This document shows, piece after piece, positions 37,439 through 49,195 of a stretch of 64,000 nucleotides of DNA. Below the pieces are notes generated by a model, which saw nothing but the letters and a program-made list of their open reading frames with translations, had not been told where the DNA came from and made no database searches. The position numbers were made by a program, and so were the translations under genes. Numbering within the stretch: the first letter of the stretch is position 1; each line of letters starts with the position of its first letter. Source of the stretch: Basidiobolus meristosporus CBS 931.73 (taxonomy: Eukaryota; Fungi; Basidiobolomycota); the NCBI GenBank assembly GCA_002104905.1, contig MCFE01000039.1, positions 124,001 to 188,000 of the forward strand. The letters run 5' to 3'.

Positions 37439-39951
37439 CAAGTAGAGATTAGCCCAATCGGACCAAATGGTCCGATTGTATTTAAATTATTTTGACCTCA
37501 TAGCAAGGATATATGAAGTCTAAATGAAGTTTATGAAATCTCTCTGGTATGCACTTTGTGCTGGTATTTTGATTTTTTCAAAATGGTTGCAAATACTTTG
37601 TCTTATATTGCCTTTACTGAAGCAACTTTTGGCAAATTTTAATCGGACCAAATGGTCTAACACTTCATTGATGAATAATGGGTATGGCTTTAAGCAATTA
37701 TATTTCAAACATTTAATAGCCAATCCTACTAACTGCGAAGAATTATTGAGCATTATTTGTTTTTTCATATACCACCTTCAAGTGCCTGGTATAGCAGTCT
37801 TTACACATTGGGTGGCCAGGGTTGCAACTGCATGAAAACTCAACCTTAGTGCCTGTAACATGAGCGGCAGTACAAGTTTTGCAAGCTAATCTACGGCGCT
37901 TTGAGCCATAACCTTTACTCATCGACAGGTAAGTGTGATTTTCATCACTTCTGAGTTGCCTCTGACTACCCAAGGGCCCCTTGATGTCTGAACCGGCCAA
38001 ATTCTTACAATATTGCAAGAAATTGTATGCTAAAATATCCTTGAAAGAGAAATGAGATACGCCACGCTTTTGGTAAGAAAATGTACGATAAGAGCTATAG
38101 GCATTGGCTTCGCAGATACCCAGGATGAAGCCGTAGAAACGCATCTCCCATCTTTCTGTAGATATAACATCATGATAAGATGTCAAATTATCTCGAAGGT
38201 TATTGGCAGCATCAACCGAACCTACAAATATAGTAAATGGAGCACATGTTGTTTCTTCAAGACAGGATTCTACTTACTTTTATGGGTCTCATATTCTTCA
38301 ACCACTTCCGGTCGCTGAATGGTTATCACCTCACCATTGTCCCCTACAAAAGTTCTCCGTCCAGTAAGCCTTGTTGTGCTGCAAGAAGAAATAAATGCTT
38401 TGATCTTGTAATCACGGTAGGCGCAGACAAAGATTCTCCCGCTCCTTGTTGTCTTGTTCATAGTAAAGTGAGCACCATACAAGTTGCCAACACTGGCAAC
38501 AATATCGGTGGTGGGCATACCACATGGCCAGTAGCAGCGCTTAGTCACTTGCATAATGGAATACAGACCAAGTTCAGCCAGCATCATTGTCATATTTGGG
38601 GATCCGAGCCAAGAGTCAGCAATAACGGTACGGCCAGTACCAAACCAAGGCTTGACTAATCGCTTGACAGTGGAAGTCAACTTGGACATACCAGGATCAT
38701 TGTCATATTCCTTCTGTAACCAATCACTCACTGTATCTATTCTCAGGATACAAGCAGTGTGATGGTCTGCTAAAGTCTTGAACTCCTGTCCGATGGGATG
38801 CGGCTTCCTTGGAACTTTCTTAACATTGGGCAAACCAGCTCCTAACCATTGATTCATTGATTCGTCAATGACTAAATACTTGCAGGGCTCTAAACAAGTT
38901 TTCATGTGTTCATTAAAGGCGTCAATAGTTGATCTAATTTGATAAAGAGCATCGATTTCTTGATGTTCTCGGGAAGGGATTTCAAGAACGTGCATTTTCA
39001 GAATCTCTTTAAATCTTCTATACGACATATATTCCGTAAAGTCAATGTTCATTAAGAAATGAGAAGAGCCTTGCTTCCAGTAAGCTTTTTTGTCGGAATG
39101 ATTGATAACTGTCATTACAGTTATTAATGCAATCCACATCATGTACTCGGCAAATGTAACGTCAGTCCAGGGGCCAATGCTAGTTGCATAAGCATTAATC
39201 CTCCGAACGATAGTGCGAAAGTGATCTAAAGGAAGGAAGAACAAGAAATAATCCAGTGGTGAGGCATTTCTAGCATTTTTCATATTTAACCGAGCTTTCA
39301 AGGAGGTAAAACCATCAGCTGGCCCACTTGTACGGGAATCAATATATACTTCCCCAGTTATCCAGGTGTCTGCTGCAGTAAGGTCAATTTCATCTTCCTC
39401 CTGCTCCTCATCTTGGATTGCATCCTCCAATAGGTCTTCAGTAACAATACTCTCGGTAGTATTAGCAGTTGCAGGTTCAATGTTTCCCAAGGTATCATTA
39501 CTGTTAGTCTTGATATGCTTTAAACAGTTTTGTGAAAGAGTCAATGTAATCCCCGGTACCAGATCCAAAATGACATCATATTTCACATTGCCGTTGACTG
39601 TTGAGCGTGCAGTGGTAACTCCCTTGAAGCTCAAACCAGGTGTATTCCAGTCAAAACGCAGAGATAAAAGTCGTTTGACTTCCTTATGTTTGATAAATCG
39701 CTTGGATACTGATACACGCACATTAACATCAAGATGTTTACTGGCAGGAGGCATGGTTTAAGTCTTAAGAAAAGATAAAACGAATATGACGAATTATCAA
39801 AACAACTCCAAAAAATAAATATTCAGATTCTTGTTTATCAGAATATGATATGAAATAAACAAAGTAAGACACCCATCCAGAAAAAACAATTGTATTAAAT
39901 TAGACCATTTGGTCCAATTTGGACCAAATGGTCCGGCCGAATCTCTACTTG
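37439..39951 (-). mobile_element. Full-length piggyBac-family DNA transposon, 2513 bp
   Basis: TTAA TSD at 37435-37438 and 39952-39955. Perfect 12-bp TIR CAAGTAGAGATT / AATCTCTACTTG. Subterminal palindromic GGACCAAATGGTC(C) at 37460, 37645, 39901 (inverted) and 39921. Contains a single transposase gene. Confidence 0.95.
37743..39754 (-). CDS. piggyBac (DDE_Tnp_1_7-type) transposase, 651 aa, one 56-nt intron
   Basis: Exons 39754-38278 and 38221-37743 total 1956 nt. The intron is GTAAGT...TTTGTAG. Catalytic motifs are LVIDESM, VIADSW and (across the splice) HKSSVDAANNLRDN. Also KKVPRKPHPIGQEFKTLAD and a C-terminal Cys-rich domain CKTC...CSC...CKDCYTRH. Confidence 0.93.
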
Positions 39952-39996
39952 TTAATAATCAATGATATATTCAATATGGAGAATTGGTAGGCTTGC

Positions 39997-42900
39997 TTAT
40001 ACTCGAATTGCCCATGGTTTCTCGCCTTCCTGGGGCACAATTCTAGAGAGTGTAGCAATCTCATCGCTACTGGCCATACGGATTTGTTCAGCAGTGGCGG
40101 GATGAGCAAGAGTGAATGTCTCAGTGTTGCCGTTGTCTTTGCGGGCAGCAGAAACAGCATCACGAATGGCATAGTAGACGGAGGTACCAAGGAAGAATGG
40201 TGGCTCTCCGATACCCTTGCTACCATGGATGGTCTTGAGGTTCTTGTACTCAACGCCATCCAGCAGGTCCACTCTGAATCTCTGAGGAATGTCGCGGAAG
40301 CCAGGGATCTTGTAAGTGCCTGGTCCGCGAGTGAATAGCATTCCGTTGGGGAAGAAGAGAGTCTCCTCCATGGTTGACCATCCAGCACCTTGTAACCAAG
40401 CACCTTCAACCTGACCAAGGTCAATGGAGTAGTTGAGGGATTTGCCAACGTCCATGAGAATGTCGGTGCTAATGATGGTGTGGTCGCCAGTAAGGATATC
40501 GATTTCAACCTCAGACACGGCAATACCAAGGGTGAAGTAGAAGAACATCATGCCTTCGTTCTTGCCCCAAACATAACCGATATCTGGGGTTCTGTAATAT
40601 CCGTTGGCGGAGAGATTCACACGATCAAAGTAGGCGGCCTTGGCAAGCTCAGCGATGCTGGCGTCGGGCATCTTTTCACGGTAGGGTCTCAATCTATCAG
40701 CTACCTGCTCACATGCAGCCTTGACAGCTTGTCCATTAAGATCTGAACCAGCGGAAGCGGCTGTGGGACTGGTATTGGCTACAGTGTTGGTTGCTGTTTC
40801 ATTGATGTAAACCTTCTCAAGAGGAACGCCAAGGGTTTCAGCGGCAATCTGGGCCATCTTGGTATGGATGCCCTGTCCCATTTCAATTCCTCCGTGTGTC
40901 AAGAGAACTGAGCCATCGGTGTAAACATGGACTAATGCACCTGCTTGGTTGAGATGCTTGGCAGTGAATGAGATACCAAACTTGGTAGGAATAATGGCTA
41001 ATCCTCTCTTCTTGAAAGTGTGGGTCTTGTTGAACTCGTCAACGGCCTGGCGTCTGGCATCGTAGTTGGAGGACTCCTTGATCTGCTTCCACATCTTGGG
41101 GATGTGCCAGTCGGTAAGCTCTTGGTTGAAGTGGGTGATCTGACCCTCCTTGTACATGTTGATCTCACGGAATTGGTCAACAGGAATATTAAGACGATCG
41201 GCGACTTCATGGACCCAATTCTCACAAATGATCATTCCTTGGGGTCCACCGAATCCACGGTAAGCGGTGTTCGAGTGGATATTGGTGATACAAGCCTTAC
41301 CAATGGCACGAACATTAGGAATCCAGTAGCAGTTATCACTGTGGGACATGGCACGCTCAACGACAGCCATGGTTAGATCGGCAGACCAACCAGCGTTGGC
41401 ATACACCTTGACATCCAATGCTTGGAGTTTGCCATCCTTGTTGACACCAACCTTCCATCTTCCGAGGAATGGATGTCTCTGTCCGGAGATGAGCATATCT
41501 TCGTCTCTGTCGAGCATGACTCTGATGGGCTTGCGGAGATGGTGGGCAGCAACTGCCATGGGTGCAGTAAGCATGACGGTTCTACTCTCCTTACCACCGA
41601 AACCACCACCCAAACGCTTAGTACGGACAATCACTCTGCTGTCAGGGCAATCGAGGACCTTGGCTACGACGTGCTGAGTTTCAGTGGGGTTCTGAGTGCT
41701 GCTGAAGATTTCAATCTCATCGCCTTCCTTAGGAACGACGATACAGGCGTTGGTCTCAAGATAGAAATGCTCTTGGCCACCGATCTTGGTCTCGCCCTCA
41801 AATACGTGGTCGCAGTTTTTGAATGCCTCGTCAACATCTCCTCGGATGATTTCACGTGGTGCAGGGACAAATGATTCCTTCTCAATAGCTTCCTCGATGG
41901 TGAGAATGTGAGGCAGGTCTTCATACTCCACATTTACCATTCTTGCGGCAGCCTGGGCTTCGTTTTGACTCTTGGCTACCACGATACCAATGATCTGACC
42001 CAAGAAGTATACGTCAGTGCTGGCGAAGACTTCTTCGTCTTGGAAGACTGGACCCCAGGTATTGTTTCCGGGAACATCTTTAGCTGAGTAGAATCCTACC
42101 ACACCATCTGCCTGTAGAGCATTGGCGGCATCGACGTTCAAGATCTTGGCGCGGGCTTTCTTGGAAGTAACCAAGGCACCATAGAGCTCCCCGCTGTATG
42201 ATGGCATATCGTCAACGTAGATAGCCTCACCAGTAACCTGCTTGAGGGCACTCAAATGGGCTACACCCTTGCCGACAACGTTTTCAGGGCGGACGGGCAT
42301 TGATTGGGAAGCTTGGGAAACAGCTCTTTCAATGTCCTCCACCTCATCAGCAAACTTGGATTCTTGGATGTCAAGTCCCAGTTTGTTCGAGACGTTGCAC
42401 CAGAACTTGTAGAAGAAACTTGCTGAAAGAGCCTTACGGAATTCTCCCATACCACCTGGAGAAGAGTACTGGATCGGCAAATCGAAGCCGAGTCTGGTGA
42501 CGACCTCCAAGAAGTCCTCACGATAACCCCACTCCTTACCAATCAAATATTCCATGGCGGATTTGGCTTGGAGGGTAGTTGGACCCATACCTCCGAAGGC
42601 AAGGACTATATCCTTGACGATGAACTTCTCATCGCTCTTCTCAAACTTGACCCTAAGGCCACCATTAGCGATGGCAATATCATCGTCCTTTCTCTTGGCC
42701 TGTTTGAACGATTGCGCGAATTCGTATTCCTTGGTGAAGGGAACGAACAGAGATACCACCACTTCACCTGGACGAAGGGCAGTCTTGCGGTAACCCAGGA
42801 AGAATTCGGTCATCTTGATGGAGCGCAATCCACCCTCCTTGGAGCTTACAACCATTACCGCACGGGAAGAGACGAAGACCGGGTTGAGGTCAGAAATTGG

Positions 42901-44147
42901 TGAGGCAGTAACGATGTTACCAGCAATTGTACCGACGTTTCTGATTTGGCGACCAGCGAACCAGCGAAGGTTGCTAAGATAAGCTTTGAAGTTCTCAGTC
43001 TTTGAAGGTTCGTATTTCTCCACTGCCTTTTTGAGTTCACGCTCAAAGTTGGAGAGGGTGATGTTGGCACCGAAGGTGATACCTTCCTCGCTATACTCGA
43101 CCTTCTTAAGCTCTTCGATGTCACTAACATAGATCATCACAGGGTAGTAGATCTGCTTGAACTTGATCTCGATCCCGACTTCGGAGTTACCGGCGATGAT
43201 CTTTGCGTCAGGGTATTCGGCCTTGAGCTGCAAAAGCTCGTCGAGTTCAAGAGGACGGTACCACTTGTATCTGTTATTGGAGAATGCCAAGGGCTTGAGT
43301 CCGCTAGCTCCTTCCTTCTCCTTATCGCCTTGTGCATATTTGATAAGTCCGGGTGGGAAGATCAACTCCTGAGAGGGGTCGTACTTCTTGAGCTTAACCT
43401 TCTCGAACTTGTCGTTGTCAACGGCAAAGTTCAGTTTGTCATCGAATTCCTTCTTGTCCTGGCAACAACCGCCTTCTTTCCCGCAGCCCTTTGTTGCTTC
43501 TTCCTTGATGGCTTGTTGCTCCTGGTCTTGGCAGCAGCCTCCGGCCTTGTTGCTGCCACCACAGCAACCGCCAGCTGGAGTGGCAAAGGTTTTGGCGGCA
43601 TCCAAGATGGGTCTGTAACCAGTACAGCGGCAAAGGTTTCCGTCGAATGCTTCTTCGATATCATGCTCGCTGGGGTTAGGGTTGTTTCTCAAAAGGGCGT
43701 AGAGAGACATGGCAATTCCTGGAGTACAGAAACCACATTGTGACCCATGGGCAAGGGCAATTCTTTCCTGAACAGGATGGGGATTTTTGGCGTTTCCAAT
43801 TCCTTCAATGGTAATCACATGTTTACCGTCCATGGCACAAAGAGGAGCCAGGCAAGCGTTGGTCGAAGTGTGAGTGATCTTCTTGGTCTTTGGGTCGTAT
43901 GAGGAGACCAGGAGTGTACAGGCACCTTAAATTGAAGAGAGGTCATATTAGTATTGGCTCCGTGTGCCTTTGCTTCACTCTCCTTTAACTTACCACAACC
44001 ACCTTCACCACATCCAAGCTTCGTTCCAGTAAGCCCGGTGCCACGAAGGTATTGGAGAAGTGTCATCTCGGGATCAGGATTTTGCAAAACGATGCGAGTG
44101 CCATTGACGTAGAATGTAAGGATGTTGGAGTAACTTTGAATAGACAT
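39997..44147 (-). CDS. XDH: Xanthine dehydrogenase, 1360 aa, one intron (43993..43926)
   Basis: [16 protein letters not shown] and [11 protein letters not shown] (2Fe-2S), [14 protein letters not shown] domain ([15 protein letters not shown]), and Moco domain ([37 protein letters not shown]). Confidence 0.98.
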
Positions 44148-44488
44148 GATCCTTAATTGATGCTGAAGTCAAATACAAATGCAGTAGTGAAGTGCAATGG
44201 AGAATGAGATGCAATAGTTAAGTGTGATTTGGAGGAGACTTTGAAGCCGAGTATATATAGGATTTTACTCGGCAATCTCAGACGATTATCATCGACACAA
44301 AACTGATCGATATCTAACAACCGACTTCTCCACAACTCCACAGCATTCTTTTCCCGGCCGCTATCCGCATTATCTTCATTCCAAAATCGATATGGGGTAC
44401 TTGGGTGAGTATGCGATTTCCCAATCGAGAGCTTGGAAAAACCGGAATTTGTAGTTAGCAAATCTATAGCAACCTTCATTCTGGCAAT

Positions 44489-44515
44489 CCCCCGCTCCCC
44501 CGCTCCCTCGAACCC
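44489..44515 (-). promoter_or_regulatory. Canonical G-quadruplex motif upstream of XDH
   Basis: The minus strand reads GGG-TTCGA-GGG-AGC-GGGGG-AGC-GGGGG (plus-strand C tracts at 44489-93, 44497-501, 44505-07 and 44513-15). Function is not shown. Confidence 0.4.
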
Positions 44516-44959
44516 TCCTTCCTATGCTATGGGAATTGTCTCAGCTGGCTTTCACGTCACATGAAAATTTTTGTTCTACTCTTTCGGGTTGCTGCATCAG
44601 CTCATGTCACATGGCGGAAACTTGGAAATATTCATTGGTGACCGAGAGATACATCATTGGCTCAATTACAGGATACACTTGGAATGACGACCTGTGGTTA
44701 ACTGATTGACGTTCATTGAATTTTACTTGGCGCCACACGGGTATTTACTTGGATGAATGTTTACTAATTTGGTAGCATTGATGAACGCAAAGATAATCAA
44801 TCGTTTTTTCTCACACTGGAGGCTCCAAGCGTATTGGCTCGTATAAATGCTCGAGAGTTAGTTGTTATGCTATGCTTTTCTTCTACCTGGAAGGAGGCGC
44901 TCATGTTGAAATGTGGTATTGTGTTGTGTTTATTTGGGATGTGAATGCAAATCAAAATT

Positions 44960-47900
44960 TTACGAGTGCTCGACCTGATTGAGGAACGCTTCATCAACTC
45001 TTGCTTCAGTCGAAGCCATGAAGCGCCGCTTGGTCCATTTGTAAAGCTCTGATAGAGTGATGAAGATCAATGCGTCGGCGGCAACTAGTCCCCACTCCCA
45101 AGAGATTCCTTTGTGTCTGAAGACGGTGGTGTTCAGCCTATCAAAGAAGATTCAATTAGCCACAAAGCTGGGGAACTCTTCACTATTCGGTAACCTACCC
45201 TGGAATATAGATGCATGGGAATAAGAGTAAGAACCCGGAGATGACACTCCAAAACAAGAACCGGTTGGAGTAGATATCTTTAAGCTGTGCCCATGTCCAT
45301 TGAGGGCTACGAAGGGAACGGCAATTAAAGCAGTGGATCAAAATCAGCACGGTGATCGCAGCATATGCCGCAGCTCGACCTCGGTAGATTTCCGCGCATG
45401 AGTCACTGTACGTCTGGTTACAGTTTCTCCCAATCTCTCCGGAGCCGACCACGAAGACAACCAGGACGAAATTAAGAAGTGATAACAAGCCCATAACACA
45501 GCCATACAGGATGTTGTCTAAAATGACTTCGAATGTGAAGAGTCCACCAGAGTGGGGCTTTTGCCGCATGATTTCAGGAGTGGCTGGTTCCATTCCTAGG
45601 GCCATGGATGGAGGAGTGCTGATAAATTCGTCTAGGTATCACTTCAGAAGGCTAGCCTAATAATTGCGAGGACTTACCTTGTAGCTAATGTGTAGAACAA
45701 GATCTGGACTGGGGAGAGAGGGTACACTGAAGACCCTTGGTCATCCTTGATAGCAAGCGCTATCATCAACACCAGGACACATGCCAGATTTCCCGATAGC
45801 AGATTTTGAACAAACTTAATGAAGTTGGCGAAAACTCTACGTCCTTCAGCAATAGCACCAACAATCGTGGCAAAGTTGTCATCGGTCAAAATGATATCTG
45901 ATGCTTGTTTGGCCACATCTGATCCCGCCTTGCCCATAGCTATACCAACATCCGCAATTTTAAGACTAGGCGAATCATTCACACCATCTCCGGTCATCGC
46001 CACGATTTTCTGGCGTCTGTGGAAAGCACGTATCATCTTCACCTTTGTATTAGGACTGCATCGTGCGATAACTCGAGGAAGCTCCGGTAGAGCGTCAATC
46101 TCTTCTTCGGTCAAGGAATCAAACTCTCCTGCAGTCATGACTAGTCGCGAGTTACTTCTTTTCTCATTAGTCGCTCCTTCGGGTGGTAGGATGGCTACTT
46201 CACGAGCAATAGCTTCAGCTGTGGCTGGATGATCTCCAGTTAGCATGTGGACTTGAATTCCAGCTTGATAACACTTGAGGACTGCAGAGCGCGATTCCAA
46301 GCGTGGTGGGTCATAAATTCCCCCCAATCCAACGAAAGTAAAGCCTTGTTCAATGTTTTCACGAGTCCAAGCTGAAGGTCCGGATTTCACCATCTCTTCA
46401 TCAAGAATTCGATAGGCCAAGCCCAAAACACGCTAATTTGACAAATCTTATGAGATACTTATCACCTATCTACGCCTATCAAGGGTAACTTACCAATCCT
46501 TGGGATGCCATGAAGACTATTTGAGGCTCCAGCAAAGACTCCAACTGTTGCTGTTCTGTGGGTTGTTCGCTGTCCCCATACTTAACTTTAGTGCAACAGC
46601 CAATAATACGTTCAAATGCACCTTTGAGATACACAATATATTTCCCAGTACGCTCTTCCTTGTATATGACACTCATTCTCTTGATAGCTGATTCGAATGG
46701 GAACTCCATAGCCAGTGTATATGTATTGGAAGGATCGGCATCAGTGGTATATGTTGGTTTTCCGCTATTTAGTTTGTGCGCAAAGACTTGAAGAGCAGTC
46801 TGGAATAGATACATGTCACCATCAGTAAAAATAACGCAGTACTTGGCATTACAAAAGAACCCAACCTCAGTAGGGTCACCGATATTAATCCACTCCTTTG
46901 AGTTATCGTCTTGCTTAATCATGGCCATGTTACACAGAGCAGCCGTCTCTACTAGTCTTTGGATAGGGCTGGGCATATTCTCGGGAGTAATTATCATTTC
47001 TCTTGCACTGTCCACTACATTGACACCATCCTCTTTTATCATCTGAGGATCAAGTATCTTCTTGTCACCTAGCCGAATAATGCACCCGGTAGGATTGATA
47101 CCAGTTCCCGTAACGTGATAATAGCCGCTTTCAGGCAACCAAAAGCGGGTCAATACCATTTTTGCTTGAGTTAGTGTTCCTGTCTGATAGCACAATGTCA
47201 ATATCGTAGATCTCTACTGAACAAGGAAATCGGTGCTTACTTTGTCGGAACAGATATTCGAGATTGATCCCAAGGCTTCTAAAGATGGAAGTTGACGAAC
47301 AAGGGCGCGCTCCTTCGCCATTTTCCGAACACCAATTGCCATAGTGAATGTGACGACTGCTATCAGGCCACCTGGAATGACAGCAATCCCGATCGAGATG
47401 GCGTACACAGCAATACTTTGATTGATTTTGAAACGGTTAACCGCAAAGACAATAAGAATAAAAATGATCGCCAGGAGAAATAGAAGATAGGCCATTTTAT
47501 CCAAGCTGAAACGCAGTTCAGTTAATATAAGCTTAGAGTAAACAAGAGTATGACTAGTACCTTTTCTGCAATGGTGTTTTACCAGGTTTGTTGTCGTTGT
47601 TGGCAAGTTCCTGCGCAATCTTCCCAATTTCGGTAGTCATACCGGTACCAATAACTATTCCCCTGCCACGACCCCTCGTCACACTAGTCGAGGAATAAAC
47701 CAGATTTAAACGGTCGCCGATTGGCTCGTTTGGATCTAGGATAAGATCGATACTAAACGATTTCTTAGTCTTCATGCATTTCTTTATCCAAGACACGCTA
47801 GTGAATTTACCTCTTAGTAACAGGCACTGTTTCGCCGGTGAGCAGCGCTTCATCACATTCCAGATTAGAGATATCAAAAAGACGACAGTCTGCTCCAATC

Positions 47901-48429
47901 ACGTCCCCGTTCTCGAACGATAAAACGTCACCGGGAACAAGTTCGCGGGTTGGGATGGTTGTGAACTCGCCGCTCCGGAGGACTCTACAGTTAGGTGAAG
48001 CCATCTTCCGCAAAGATTCCAAGGTTTTCTCTGCCTTGTACTCCTGAAAGAAGCCGATGGTTGAATTGGTTATGATGACCAAACCTATGACGGCTAACGC
48101 AACAAAAAAATGTTAGATGTGCCAGTACGTTTGTGAATCCTTCCGCAAGACTTACCTCCTTCGCCGTAATTTCCTCCCGCTGAGAAGGCTATAGCCATGG
48201 CAATAATTAGCACTAGTGTCAGTGCGTTAGCAATCTGTCGGAACAGGACTCGAAAAGCACTGGGTCCTCCTTGGCCGGACATTTCGTTTGGGCCGTATTT
48301 CTCCAACCGCTGCTTTGCTTCATTAGTGGTAAGGCCTACTTGAATATCCGTTTCTAGTGTGGACGCAACATTTTCTTCGGTGTATGTATGATATGGTATG
48401 CTTTCCTGTGTTTGACCGGGCGGTTTCAT
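44960..48429 (-). CDS. ENA1: ENA-type (P-type IID) Na+/K+ efflux ATPase, multi-exon
   Basis: [11 protein letters not shown]-like [27 protein letters not shown]|[56 protein letters not shown] (the SPSL variant typical of type IID) and WEWGLV. An in-frame upstream ATG near 48612 makes the start uncertain. Confidence 0.93.
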
Positions 48430-49195
48430 ATCGGAATGAGGAAGGGTGGAAGAGATACTTTTGGGTGAGATCACAAGCCCATATCTTCTAGCTATATATT
48501 GTTTTACCAAGTGGTTGGATACTCTTTGGAGCGGGTTTGAATGATTAATAAAGACGAAGAGTCCTTTTGGATGCTGTTTGGATGCTCTTTGGATCCACTT
48601 CTGAGTGCCCATTCGGGAACTTCTCACTATATATGGGAATCACGACACAATTTTGAATTGATTTATAGATCTTCAACATAGCTGAAAGTTAATCAATTGG
48701 CTAAATTTCAACCATTTTCCGAGTTCCTTTTTCGGGATAAGAAGGTTTTTTGCCACAGGTGTTCCATTTCATTGCCAGTAGATGCCCTTATTTGACAATG
48801 GAACTTTACACAGAGCGATGATGTGTAACGCAACATGTAATATATCTTAGATGCTGGCAATTTATGCTGTAAGCTTGGTCGAGGGCCTTGTTTGCACCTT
48901 AAATTCACATGGATTGCTCTTACTTGATGAGCAGATGTGCGGAACAGTCCGAACGTACAGTAGTGTTGTGGAGGACAGCATGCATCAATATCTTTCATTC
49001 AAGCTCTCCTCAGTGAGTATCGAGTAATCTATCCATCTGCAATGGGGAATGTAATTCCCTTATATCCCCTTACAGCATTCTCGATTTGTTCGGTTGGAAC
49101 TTTGGCCTGTTTCATAAAGATATATAGCGGGTATTGCACTCATACACCTGGCTAATTATACTCCTCACCCCAAGTTTTGTTCGATAGAAGTTAGA

